DNA of 34,308 nt from Klebsormidium nitens. Taxonomy: Eukaryota > Plantae > Klebsormidiophyceae. The notes beneath the pieces were generated by a model. It was given only the letters and a program-made list of their open reading frames with translations. It was not told where the DNA came from and did not search any database. The stretch covers positions 1 through 34,308 of the forward strand of contig DF237727.1 of assembly GCA_000708835.1 (NCBI GenBank), in the 5' to 3' direction. The position numbers and the translations under genes are program-made. Shown piece after piece: positions 1 to 8,516 of this stretch (positions are counted from its first letter, which is position 1; each line of letters starts with the position of its first letter).

Positions 1-202
1 AAGTCCCAGCTGCTCGACCAGCAAACATCATACGAGAGTATCGTATTAATCCATATGCGCTGGATAAGGAACCTTCGTGGCCTTACTTCAAAGCAAGGTA
101 ACAGATCTACCAACTTCCGCTTCAGCGAACACCGGTAGATTGTGAGAGCGTGCTTTACTACTTTGCCACCATCTTTGAGTTTTTCATCCCATCACCTTGC
201 AG

Positions 203-310
203 AAGGAGGCTGCACTAGCGGAAGCCGCGCGCGCTCATGCTGTGCTGGAGGATCAGATCGGCGCCCTGCAGCAAGCCGCGGCCTCCTACAACAAGATCGC
301 CTTGACTAGG
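203..310 (+). CDS. Putative isolated host exon (Ala-rich, coiled-coil-like, KEAALAEAARAH...)
   Basis: Pyrimidine-rich TTGCAG acceptor at 197-202, 108-nt open phase-0 segment, GTGAGA donor at 311. Partner exons not established. Confidence 0.3.
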
Positions 311-1889
311 GTGAGAGCCGCGCCTGCCCGTCTCTCACGTTTTCACAAGTTTTCTTTGCCTCCACTGTCATCCGACCTGGCAGTTGCACGTCCGATGTAA
401 GGTTCTTCGTGATAGTATCTCGATTCTCAGCCATTCGCGGTTTGCGCACGACTGCCATTTCTGCTTCTGTCATCTCGGCAGCACCTCGTTCAGGCTACGA
501 ACTTTTGAAAGTTCTCGAGGGCGTCTCTGTTTGTGTACGATATTGAGCACGGCAATTTGGAGGGAATGCTGGCAGTCAAAATTTTGCTGTTGCGAGATGA
601 AGGATCGCGTTATTAAAAGCTTCGTGTTCAAGTCATTTTTTTGAGCCTGATCAACAAATCCAGTTGTTTGTGTTATCTTCATGCATAGTGGAACCGTACA
701 GGCCCCATTAACGATTGAAAGTTGATATCGCCGCGGCGTTTTATCATGTCTGAACCGGCGAGTCTCATGACAGTGTCTGAAGAATATTTTCTCAGAATCT
801 ACCATAATCAGTCCGATCAATATGCCCTGCGCTGTTGCGCGCTCTTTATCGGGTCAAAAGTCCGGCCGGGCTTGCGACAATAACATGGCGTTCAACGTCA
901 GAACGATCTTCCACACTATGACAAAACGGTGTGCACCAATAACTTAGAATGTTCCCTAGTAGGGATTGCGCCGCGGGTGACCACCTTGTTTGGAAACGTA
1001 AACGTCAATGTGCATATTTTCATGCAGATAGCAGCTTTTCAAGCGATCCTTCTCGTAGCCGACCCCAAGTCTGCTATCGCCGCAAAGGTGAGACCGAATC
1101 TGGAAAAACTGTGCTTTGTGGCCCCAAGTCACGGAAAGATGCTCGAGCGCGAGTTTCGCGACTCGTGACTTGATCTTCCTTGTATTGCCTGAAATCTGAT
1201 AGTGAGGGTGATTGGCGGGCCCTGCTAAGCTCTCACAAAGAAACGTCATTGCGAGTTCAACGGCTAGCTTGTGTCCTGGCGACAACGTAGCGCTTGGTCG
1301 GTACGTCTGTCACTTGAAGCTTTTGGTATTAAGTTGTAAGCGGGAATAAACCAATGGATCCCAGACTATCTTCAACCTTAAAGAGGATGTTGTGGGACAT
1401 GCCCCACACGGCGACCAGATGCCCGAGATTCCACTCGTGCAGTCGCTCGCGAAAGCCACGTGGGCCAACTTCTAGCGACGGGCATTCGATGCGCATTAAG
1501 TTAGATGTCGCCGCGAGCCACTTGCAGTAGACGCCCCCTAAAAGAAATTGGTCGATTCTAGTTCACATCAGACCCACAGCCGGCGTCCGAAAGGACGGTG
1601 GGAACGAAATTCCATATCTTGACAACGTTCGAAGATGGAAAACCAAGCTTTTCAGCCCGTCCCGGTCTTTTGTTATGCCTAAGAGCACAATTCTGCGCGG
1701 GGCGTTCTTGGCAGTGCCGGAAGCTGGGAGCTGGAAGAACGGACAACCGTCTGGTCATGGTTCTATTGGAATCAGCAAGAAAGTTGAGTGCGATGGTTAT
1801 GATACGCACAGCGCGTATCCGGCGGGTTCATTTATGTGCTTGTCTGCGTTCCCGACTGCCACATCGGAACACGCTTCTTACTCCTCCAG

Positions 1890-2075
1890 GACCTGTCAGA
1901 AGTCGCTATGGCGCAAGCGGGCGCAACGGGAGAGGCCTGGGAGGGCGAGGCGGGTCGCCTTGAACAGAAGCCGCCGGTGCAGCGCACGGTAAGGCCGCGT
2001 GTCCGAGCTAATGTCAACACGTGGTCTAACTTACAGCGTCTGCAGTATGCAGCTTTGTACACGCTGTTTGCACCG
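1890..2075 (+). CDS. Putative host exon pair (1890-1988, 2046-2075), product unknown
   Basis: CTCCAG acceptor, 99-nt open exon, GTAAGG donor at 1989, TGCAG acceptor ending at 2045, then 30 nt in frame. Confidence 0.2.
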
Positions 2076-2229
2076 GTGTGGTTGTCAATCTCATACTGAA
2101 ACCCGGCATAAAGTACCCAGTCAGGAAATCGATCAGTCGGTAGATTTTGTTGGGAGTCTGGGTGGCGAAGGAGAAGGCAAAAGAGGACTATCCGATCGCG
2201 AGGGCCTTACGGTAGAAAAAAGTGGCAGC

Positions 2230-2512
2230 TAACCAGGGCTGATGGTTACGGCCTGGTTGCCGCCTGGTTACTCCGATAACCAGACGGATAACCAGGCTCG
2301 GAACGAGGCTGATTAGCTGTTCAGGAGCCAGACTCCGGTTACTGGATAACCAGGCTACGGCCGGGCTTGGTTATCCTTCAACCAGGCCCGGACCCGGTCT
2401 GGTTATTAAGCAACCAGAAACGTAGTAACCAGACTCCGGGCCTGGTTATTCCGTTTGCCGGATAACCAGACCAGGAAGTAACCAGGCCGTAAGCAGCATG
2501 GAACCAGGTCTG
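2230..2512. repeat. Left TAACCAG/CTGGTTA motif array
   Basis: Many copies of (T)AACCAG in both orientations with irregular spacing. Confidence 0.85.
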
Positions 2513-3435
2513 AACCTTCAATGCAACACCAGATTTGGCAGTAAGCTGACGTCACCCGGCCAACGGAGTAGGGAATCGAGAGTCTGTCAGCGACAAGCAG
2601 AAGCGCATTTGGTAACTCATCGGCGGCGCGCAAATGTGGACTGGAGTAAGATTATGTCTAGTAGTAAACACTCAGAAGCTGTCACATTTCGCGAGGGCAT
2701 CAGGCATACATACGGCAAGGGGCCGGGACCCCTCAGCTATGGAAGAACACGAACATGCTGTGGCGAACGGTTGTAAAACTCTGCGTGAAAAGCAATCCCG
2801 AGCTTTCAAGTTCTTGTTTTACATTTCGTACGAAAAGTGCACGCGGTTCGATGCCAAAACATATTCACTACTCTCTCGTTTTGATTTAAGTGTGGCCAGT
2901 CCTTGTCGTCTAATGGGATGCTTTCTGAAAGATGCTCTTGCTGATGTATCTTCCCTACGCCTTTCTCCTACTATCGTAACTGTCAACTAACTCCTAACTC
3001 GTTATTTTCAACTCGTATCTGGTTCCAGGGATCTCTTGTTTCATGTCCGTTTCCTTACGTTTGCATGATCCCAAGTGTGTCTCATTCAGCCGTACTTCAA
3101 GGCCCTTCTGAGGCACAGCGGATGCTGAAAGAGCGTGCGTCTTCTCGCATCGGCTTTGGCTCTCCTGTCTTTTGCGTTGCCGCTAGCGCGATACGTGCTT
3201 GCAGAAAAGCATGCACATGTTTGGCGCCAGGTTTGAGTCCTTTCCTGTTTTGAAGTGGAATGACTCTGGCCTGATTGTTTTAAGCAAAGCAAAACGCGAA
3301 GCTCGCTCATATTGCATCAAAGCATGCGTTTCTTGACTGTCGCCTGCGTACTTGCTCGTTGCCCTCCTTTTCTTCTCCTTCCGAAGACGGAAGAAGTATG
3401 TAATGCGAGAACTACACGCATAAACAGTGAGCCAG

Positions 3436-3691
3436 GCTGTAACCAGAATCTGATGCGCCTGGTTACTAATATAACCAGACTCTATCCTAACCAGGGTCGA
3501 CCGAGCCTGGTTAGCGGATAAGCAGACTCGGCGGACCCTGTTTAGCCGTTAACCAGTCTCGACGACCCTGGTTGTCCGCAATAACCAGGCCTGAGCCTGG
3601 TAGTCCCTTACCAGACCCGGCCGGAGCTAATTACCGTTAGTAACCACCCTGGTTACGGCCGGGCTGCCCAGTCTAGTTACAAAGGCTGGTT
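3436..3691. repeat. Right TAACCAG/CTGGTTA motif array
   Basis: Same motif as 2230-2512, both orientations. Confidence 0.85.
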
Positions 3692-3898
3692 CACTGCCAA
3701 TTGAAACTGCCAGTTTAAACTTTCTTGTGATACAGCCTTACAACTCAGCGCAAAAAAAATGCGCGCGGTATCGAGTTGATCCGCACCACAGTGAAAGTTG
3801 CCCTAAAAAGAGTGGTTTGTTAAATGCTTGATCATATATAGGGCGCCCCGCCTGTCATGTCCTCTGATAGCGTATCAAAATCCTACTTTTTCCAACAG

Positions 3899-4088
3899 GT
3901 AGCCGTGGTGCGCGTCGGCCCCAACAAAATCGTTTGTCTGCCCCCGGAGACGACAGGCGCCGACGCCGCCCGAATGATGGAAGTGGGCTATGGTCCCGGA
4001 CTTCTCCAGCGGCTGCCCGACAGCTTGACTGTTGTCAACACGTCGACAACGGCAGTCGGCGTGGCCGACTACATTTACGCCCGGCCCG
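3899..4088 (+). CDS. Putative host exon (VAVVRVGPNKIV...DYIYARP)
   Basis: TTTTTCCAACAG acceptor, open frame, GTAAGA donor at 4089. Confidence 0.25.
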
Positions 4089-4830
4089 GTAAGAAACATT
4101 TGTTTGCCTTTGATCAAATTGTAATCGTGGTGATTAGTTGAGTGGTAGAATGCTGACCTTTGAAAGAACTTCAACGTGGTGACTGCTTGGCCGATCAATT
4201 TCATTGCATGCTCGGATCCCCATTGCCAACGCCAACTTCTGCAAACACCGCGGTGACGGAATCCAAGATCGATCCTGATTGTTTGATCCATTCTCAAGCA
4301 TCTTCGGCGCTTCAGCCCCTGCATGAAGGTCGGCGACCTTCAAACTATCGTCTTGAACCAACATCAAACTGCGGATGACAATTCGTTTAGAACTTTAGAA
4401 GCATATGCCCCAAGTCGAAGTGTGGCCCCGGTTCGAAATTCTTTCAGAACAAAATGCAACACCGCGCAGTCTCTAGTGCTTGTTAACAATCACGGGTTGA
4501 ACCCAGCTCTGTGATCAGTTGTGTCGCTGTTCGTCGACACCTTTGAACGGGATGTGAGCACATCTGACTGCACGTCGAAGTCTCAATTGAACAGTCCAAC
4601 TGCAACTTGAGATACAGATTTGATGTAGTCGAGGATCCGGACATAAACGCAATACTTAACGGTGTTAATAACTGGCGGACCTCTTGCGAAGCTCATCATA
4701 GGATCGAGTCAGTGGGGTAGGCGGCATCATGCATGGTAAAAGGGTCTGCAAAACGATACTGAGTTGAACATCGATTCAACCGTGACGAGGTCAAACCGTT
4801 GAAACCCAATTAAAAACCCAGTTAACAGGG

Positions 4831-5140
4831 TGTTGGATTGTGACGAGACAATCCGGACGCCAAACATTAGGGTTAGTAGATTAGGGTTTGAGGGTTAGAG
4901 TCGGAATTAGATCGAGTTAGACCCGAATCTAGGTTGCGTGACTCGGAGTAAGGGGAGTACCCCAGATCTGGAAGTCTCTAGAAGTAGATCTGGGTAGGCC
5001 GGAAGTTAGGACAGAGACCTGACTCGAACCTGCATCATAACAAGAGTGTGCCTTTGTGCAATTGAGAGTGAAGGGCGCCTCCCATGTGCTTTGTGTGAAC
5101 CTCTGCATCCATGTGTGCTGTCTCTAGCTGATTTCCAACA
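4831..5140 (+). mobile_element. 5' LTR of a Ty1/Copia retrotransposon (310 bp)
   Basis: Begins TGTTGGA and ends TCCAACA (7-bp terminal inverted repeat), immediately followed by a Copia-type PBS and then gag. Confidence 0.85.
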
Positions 5141-5153
5141 GGTTATGGGCCCA
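5141..5153 (+). promoter_or_regulatory. Primer-binding site, half-tRNAiMet type
   Basis: GGTTATGGGCCCA directly after the LTR CA end. This is the internal tRNAiMet-fragment PBS type known from Drosophila copia and Volvox Osser. Confidence 0.85.
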
Positions 5154-5289
5154 CCATTGCAAGGGTGAATCTGCTGTTGCGGGGTGAAGTCAGCGCTGAG
5201 AGAGAAGCCGTGTGGTGTAGAGAGCCTGTCCTGACAGAGCCTGGGTGAATTCTTGAAGCTTGAGGGAGTAGAGAATTCAGAAGGCAGCA

Positions 5290-5610
5290 ATGGGGAGCTT
5301 AAAGATAACGATGGAGCCTCTCTCGGAGGGGAACTACCACTCCTGGTCGATCAAGATGAAGAGTTATCTGATCACCAAGAGTCTGTGGAAGGGAGTAACG
5401 GATCCTTCAGCAAACGCTGAGGAGTCAGAGCAGGCGTTGGCACTGATCACGTTGAACGTGGCAGATCATCTGCTCGGGAGCCTGTCAGAGCTTGCAAACG
5501 CTGGGAAAGCGTGGAAGCAGCTGGAGAGTACTTTCAAGAGCAAGAGCGTGGCTCGGAAGTTGCAGCTAAAGAGGGAGCTGCAGACACTCAAGATGAAGGG
5601 AGAGGAGAGT
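5290..5610 (+). pseudogene. gag: Copia gag N-terminal part, truncated; reads on in frame into a viral-type sequence (whole ORF 5290-5973)
   Basis: LSEGNYHSWSIKMKSYL...LW...A.KAWKQLESTF......RKLQLKRELQTLKM is the Copia gag (UBN2/Retrotran_gag_2-type) signature. No zinc knuckle, pol or 3' LTR follows. Confidence 0.85.
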
Positions 5611-5973
5611 GACACTAATCTCTTCCGGGACTCCTACGCCTTCCTCTCGTGCCCCGAGCTGAACACGAGCTTCCACGAGACCACCTACAATCGATCCCTC
5701 ACCAACGCCATTGCACCGGCGGTGTCCAACGCGTTCGCGAGGCTGGCGATGTTTGGGGAGTCTGGCGGAGTGACTTTCTACTCGACCAACACGGCGACCA
5801 TGGTCAGGAAGGTCTTCAAACCGCCCCTAGCCAAGCTGGATCAGATGGAGTTTATGTGGCTGCGCAAGGACGGAACGCCTGTAGATTTTCAGGGCTTGGA
5901 TAACTCTTTCATCCTGCGCTTCAATTGCCGAGGAAGGTCCCTCGGCATGCCGCAGCTCACGGCACGCACCTGA
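5611..5973 (+). pseudogene. C-terminal half of a DUF5901/penton-like giant-virus protein, 5'-truncated at the Copia junction
   Basis: FARLAM...KVFKPPLAKLDQMEFMWLRKDGTPVDFQGLDNSFILRF resembles the C-termini of 19037-19534 (PPLPKLDRLNVTF) and 28201-28902 (ISRLSVILLDDAGALYDTRGADHSLVFEF). Confidence 0.65.
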
Positions 5974-6025
5974 GCGAGGCGACACGGCTGCGACAATTTT
6001 CCAATACAACTGGTAGAGTCGCAAG

Positions 6026-7171
6026 ATGGGGAAGACCACCCTCAACGCAGAGAAGTTTCTGCTCCCCATATCGGGGGACGAGCTGAGCTTTAGGGAAGCC
6101 CCCTGGAACCAGAACCTGACTGGTGGAAACTGCTACTCGTTCAGTCTCAACACAGACAAGGCGTCGGCGACCGAGAAACCGCAGCCGGGAGACATCGCGG
6201 TCGTCTATTCGGACATGCACGAGCCCTACAAACTGCTCGAGCCCTTTGATCTGACCGACTGCACCACGTTGCAGAGGCGGGTCATGGCAGACGGTATCGC
6301 GATGAAACGCATCATGGACAGAAGCAATGACGGAGAGCTCTTCGATCACCTGAAGACCGTGATACGAATCGGCAAGATGAATGACAAGCCGCCGAGGGGC
6401 ACGTACAAGATAGCAGCGGTGATAGACAAGGGCAACGACTATCATTTCTTCAGGCAGGACGTGTTGGACATCTACAACCTCTATACGTGTCCGATCTACG
6501 TCTACAGGAACGGCAAGACCTTCTCGGCCCCCAAGAACCCTTACCAAGTCTTGCAGATCGATGCCTTCACGAGCGGCAACTCTATAATGGACATGTACGA
6601 CAGCAAGAGAAGGTACGACGAAGCGACGAAAGATGCCTTCAAGAAGTTGACACGCGACTTTGGCCCGGCCTTCGAGGGAGCTCCCGCTCATCTCAACAGG
6701 GCGATCACCAACGTCACCATACACGTGCGTCGCATGCCCAGATACGTCATAGAAGAAGGAAATCTCATCGTGGACCCATTCTGGCTCCTCGACACCCCCG
6801 ACGATGGCACGGGACTCAAGAAGAAAGGAGACGCGCTGTACGACTTCTTCGTGAGGACCGATCGGCAGTTGCACGCCCTGACGGTGCAGGCGGCCCTCCG
6901 CGATTGCGAGCGCATACTCCGCGACCGCACTCTGGCTCCTCAGAAGCACCAGCTGATAGGGCTCTGGAGTCAGAAGCTCGGCTTCGCGACTCCGGCCATC
7001 AACACGGACGGCTTCATGAAGCTCATCTTTGACCCGAGGCGAGCCATGAGGCAATTCGGAAACGGCTCTAGCGGCTTCCAGTACAAGGTGTTCTGCACCG
7101 CCTTCTACGTGGACAGGAACCACGGCATCACGAGCGTCCCCCAAGGTCTCGGAGAGTTCGGCCTCGCGTGA
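6026..7171 (+). CDS. Giant-virus papain-like (Cys-His) peptidase-fold protein, 381 aa
   Basis: LPISGDE...GNCYSFS...KPQPGD, YKIAAVID..NDYHFFRQD, WSQKLGFAT....D....IFDP..A.R.......Y..FC..F.V match my recollection of a conserved prasinovirus/chlorovirus family. About 170 aa are inserted between DYHF and WSQK. Confidence 0.7.
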   Translation: MGKTTLNAEKFLLPISGDELSFREAPWNQNLTGGNCYSFSLNTDKASATEKPQPGDIAVVYSDMHEPYKLLEPFDLTDCTTLQRRVMADGIAMKRIMDRSNDGELFDHLKTVIRIGKMNDKPPRGTYKIAAVIDKGNDYHFFRQDVLDIYNLYTCPIYVYRNGKTFSAPKNPYQVLQIDAFTSGNSIMDMYDSKRRYDEATKDAFKKLTRDFGPAFEGAPAHLNRAITNVTIHVRRMPRYVIEEGNLIVDPFWLLDTPDDGTGLKKKGDALYDFFVRTDRQLHALTVQAALRDCERILRDRTLAPQKHQLIGLWSQKLGFATPAINTDGFMKLIFDPRRAMRQFGNGSSGFQYKVFCTAFYVDRNHGITSVPQGLGEFGLA

Positions 7172-7206
7172 TTTTCGGACGGAGTGTGAAAAAAACTTCT
7201 GCGTTA

Positions 7207-7233
7207 CAGTCTGTTCAGAATAAAATGGCACAC
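7207..7233 (+). repeat. TIR (3'/omegaRNA end of the Fanzor element)
   Basis: CAGTCTGTTCAGAATAAAATGGCACAC preceded by TA. Confidence 0.9.
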
Positions 7234-7330
7234 TCGCCACAGTACTCAGCCGTATCTCGGGTTCTCACCGAGGTGCCTAGATGAACTCGTTTCTAGGCAG
7301 CTATGTCTTCGAACTATCTATCTGATAGCC
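7207..7330 (-). ncRNA. Predicted Fanzor1 omegaRNA scaffold (boundaries approximate)
   Basis: Lies between the ORF 3' end and the element end, the usual omegaRNA position. Hairpins TGCCTAGA/TCTAGGCA (7274-7299) and CTCGG/CCGAG (7256-7272). The motif TATGTCTTCGAACTAT is shared by both Fanzor copies. Confidence 0.55.
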
Positions 7331-8473
7331 CCAGACTCCTGCTCTCGTAAACTCCGCTGGCCTGTCCTGGCCTCTTGCTATGCGCATACAGATCCAAGCT
7401 ATGTTACGAGCTGCGTTGACGTCTCTATTCCACACCATGCGACAGAACGGGTTAGTACACGCTCGCACGTTGTGGCACGTCTTGTAGCTCGTCCTCCCTC
7501 GTCCGTCCTCGTCCTCTCGACCCCCTCCCTCGGTCACCGTCTGGATCCCATCCTCCGTCACATGCTGCCTCTTAAGCACGGCGAACTTGTCGACGTCCGA
7601 GTGGCATGTGCTGCACACCTAGCTCGTCCTGTACTCGTCTATCATGACGACCGTCGCCCCGTGATGGCTGCTGAGGCGCCTCTTCACCGACTCACACGGA
7701 CCACACTGCCTCTTGGTCCTACCCGCCCACACCTGTGCGGCCCCGAAAGCCACCACGGTCTTCTTCCCTGCCGTGATCCTCTTGCAAGCTCTGTCTACCT
7801 CGATCTGCCTCTTGATCGTCACTCTCCGCCTCAGCTTTCGGACCCTCCTCGCGGTGTGAAAGCGTACCAAACAGTACAGGTTCGCAGCGACGAAGGTCAC
7901 CCTCTTCCCAAACTCCTCCAGGCTCACGGTGGTCCCGGGAGGAGCATTCTCGTTGAAGGCTGCCACATCCAGGTCTCTGGACATCCAGGTGTGCATGAGG
8001 AACGTCCGTTTCTTGAATCCCGCTCGGTGGTAGAAGTCCCTGGTCCCCAGGTCGATGATCTCTTCCTGGCGCTCGATTCCGTCCCAGTCGCCGGTCACGG
8101 CGATGCCGGTGAGGAAGTCGGGATGCTTTCCTGGGTCCAATCCCACCACGCGCTGCTTGGGGTGGATATGCACCGCTCGGTCCTCCGGAGGGGGCGTCCT
8201 CTTCTCCACCAAGAAGTACACGCTTGCGGACACTCCGTCCGTCGTGATCCGGTCTGCGAAGGTCTTCCCACCGCTCTCCAGTCGTCCGATTGAGGGAAAA
8301 GCATCGTGGAGCTCTCCCGGAGCCTTTCTCTTGCCGCTCTTGGGCTGCAGCTCGGGCCATATGGTGGGAGTCACCGCGATGAAAGGTGCCGAGAAGGAGG
8401 CGTGAGGCACCAGCGAGAAAGACCGCAGCTCGCGGTCCGAGAACTCCTCGCTGATGATCCTCATCCAGCGCAT
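7301..8473 (-). pseudogene. Second, diverged Fanzor1 copy: 3' half only, with a premature stop
   Basis: Same RuvC/zinc-finger sequence as 8517-10415 with many substitutions. CAG to TAG stop at 7619-7621 (EYRTS*). The 5' part is cut by the gap at 8474. Confidence 0.85.
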
Positions 8474-8516
8474 NNNNNNNNNNNNNNNNNNNNTATGTCT
8501 TCGAACTATGTATCTG

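Larger units (their letters stand above)
2223..3699. mobile_element. Non-autonomous DNA-transposon-like element with subterminal TAACCAG arrays
   Basis: Imperfect inverted ends (TGGCAGCTAACCAG at left; right end reverse-complements to TGGCAGTGAACCAG), dense AACCAG/CTGGTT motifs near both ends, non-coding interior. No clear target-site duplication found. Confidence 0.55.

Noticed and set aside
384-1809. Short ORFs in 384-1809 as genes or an RNA gene
   Set aside because: No recognisable motifs, coherent exon chain or tRNA/rRNA structure.
2230-3691. TAACCAG arrays as a CRISPR array
   Set aside because: The motif is only 6-7 bp, occurs in both orientations with irregular spacing, and no cas genes are present.
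4868-4905. TTAGGG-like run as a telomere or chromosome end
   Set aside because: Degenerate, only a few units, and inside the Copia LTR.
6040-6062. Partial match (AACGCAGA...GAAGTTT) to the predicted Fanzor1 guide
   Set aside because: Only 8 contiguous nt plus a gap; expected by chance.
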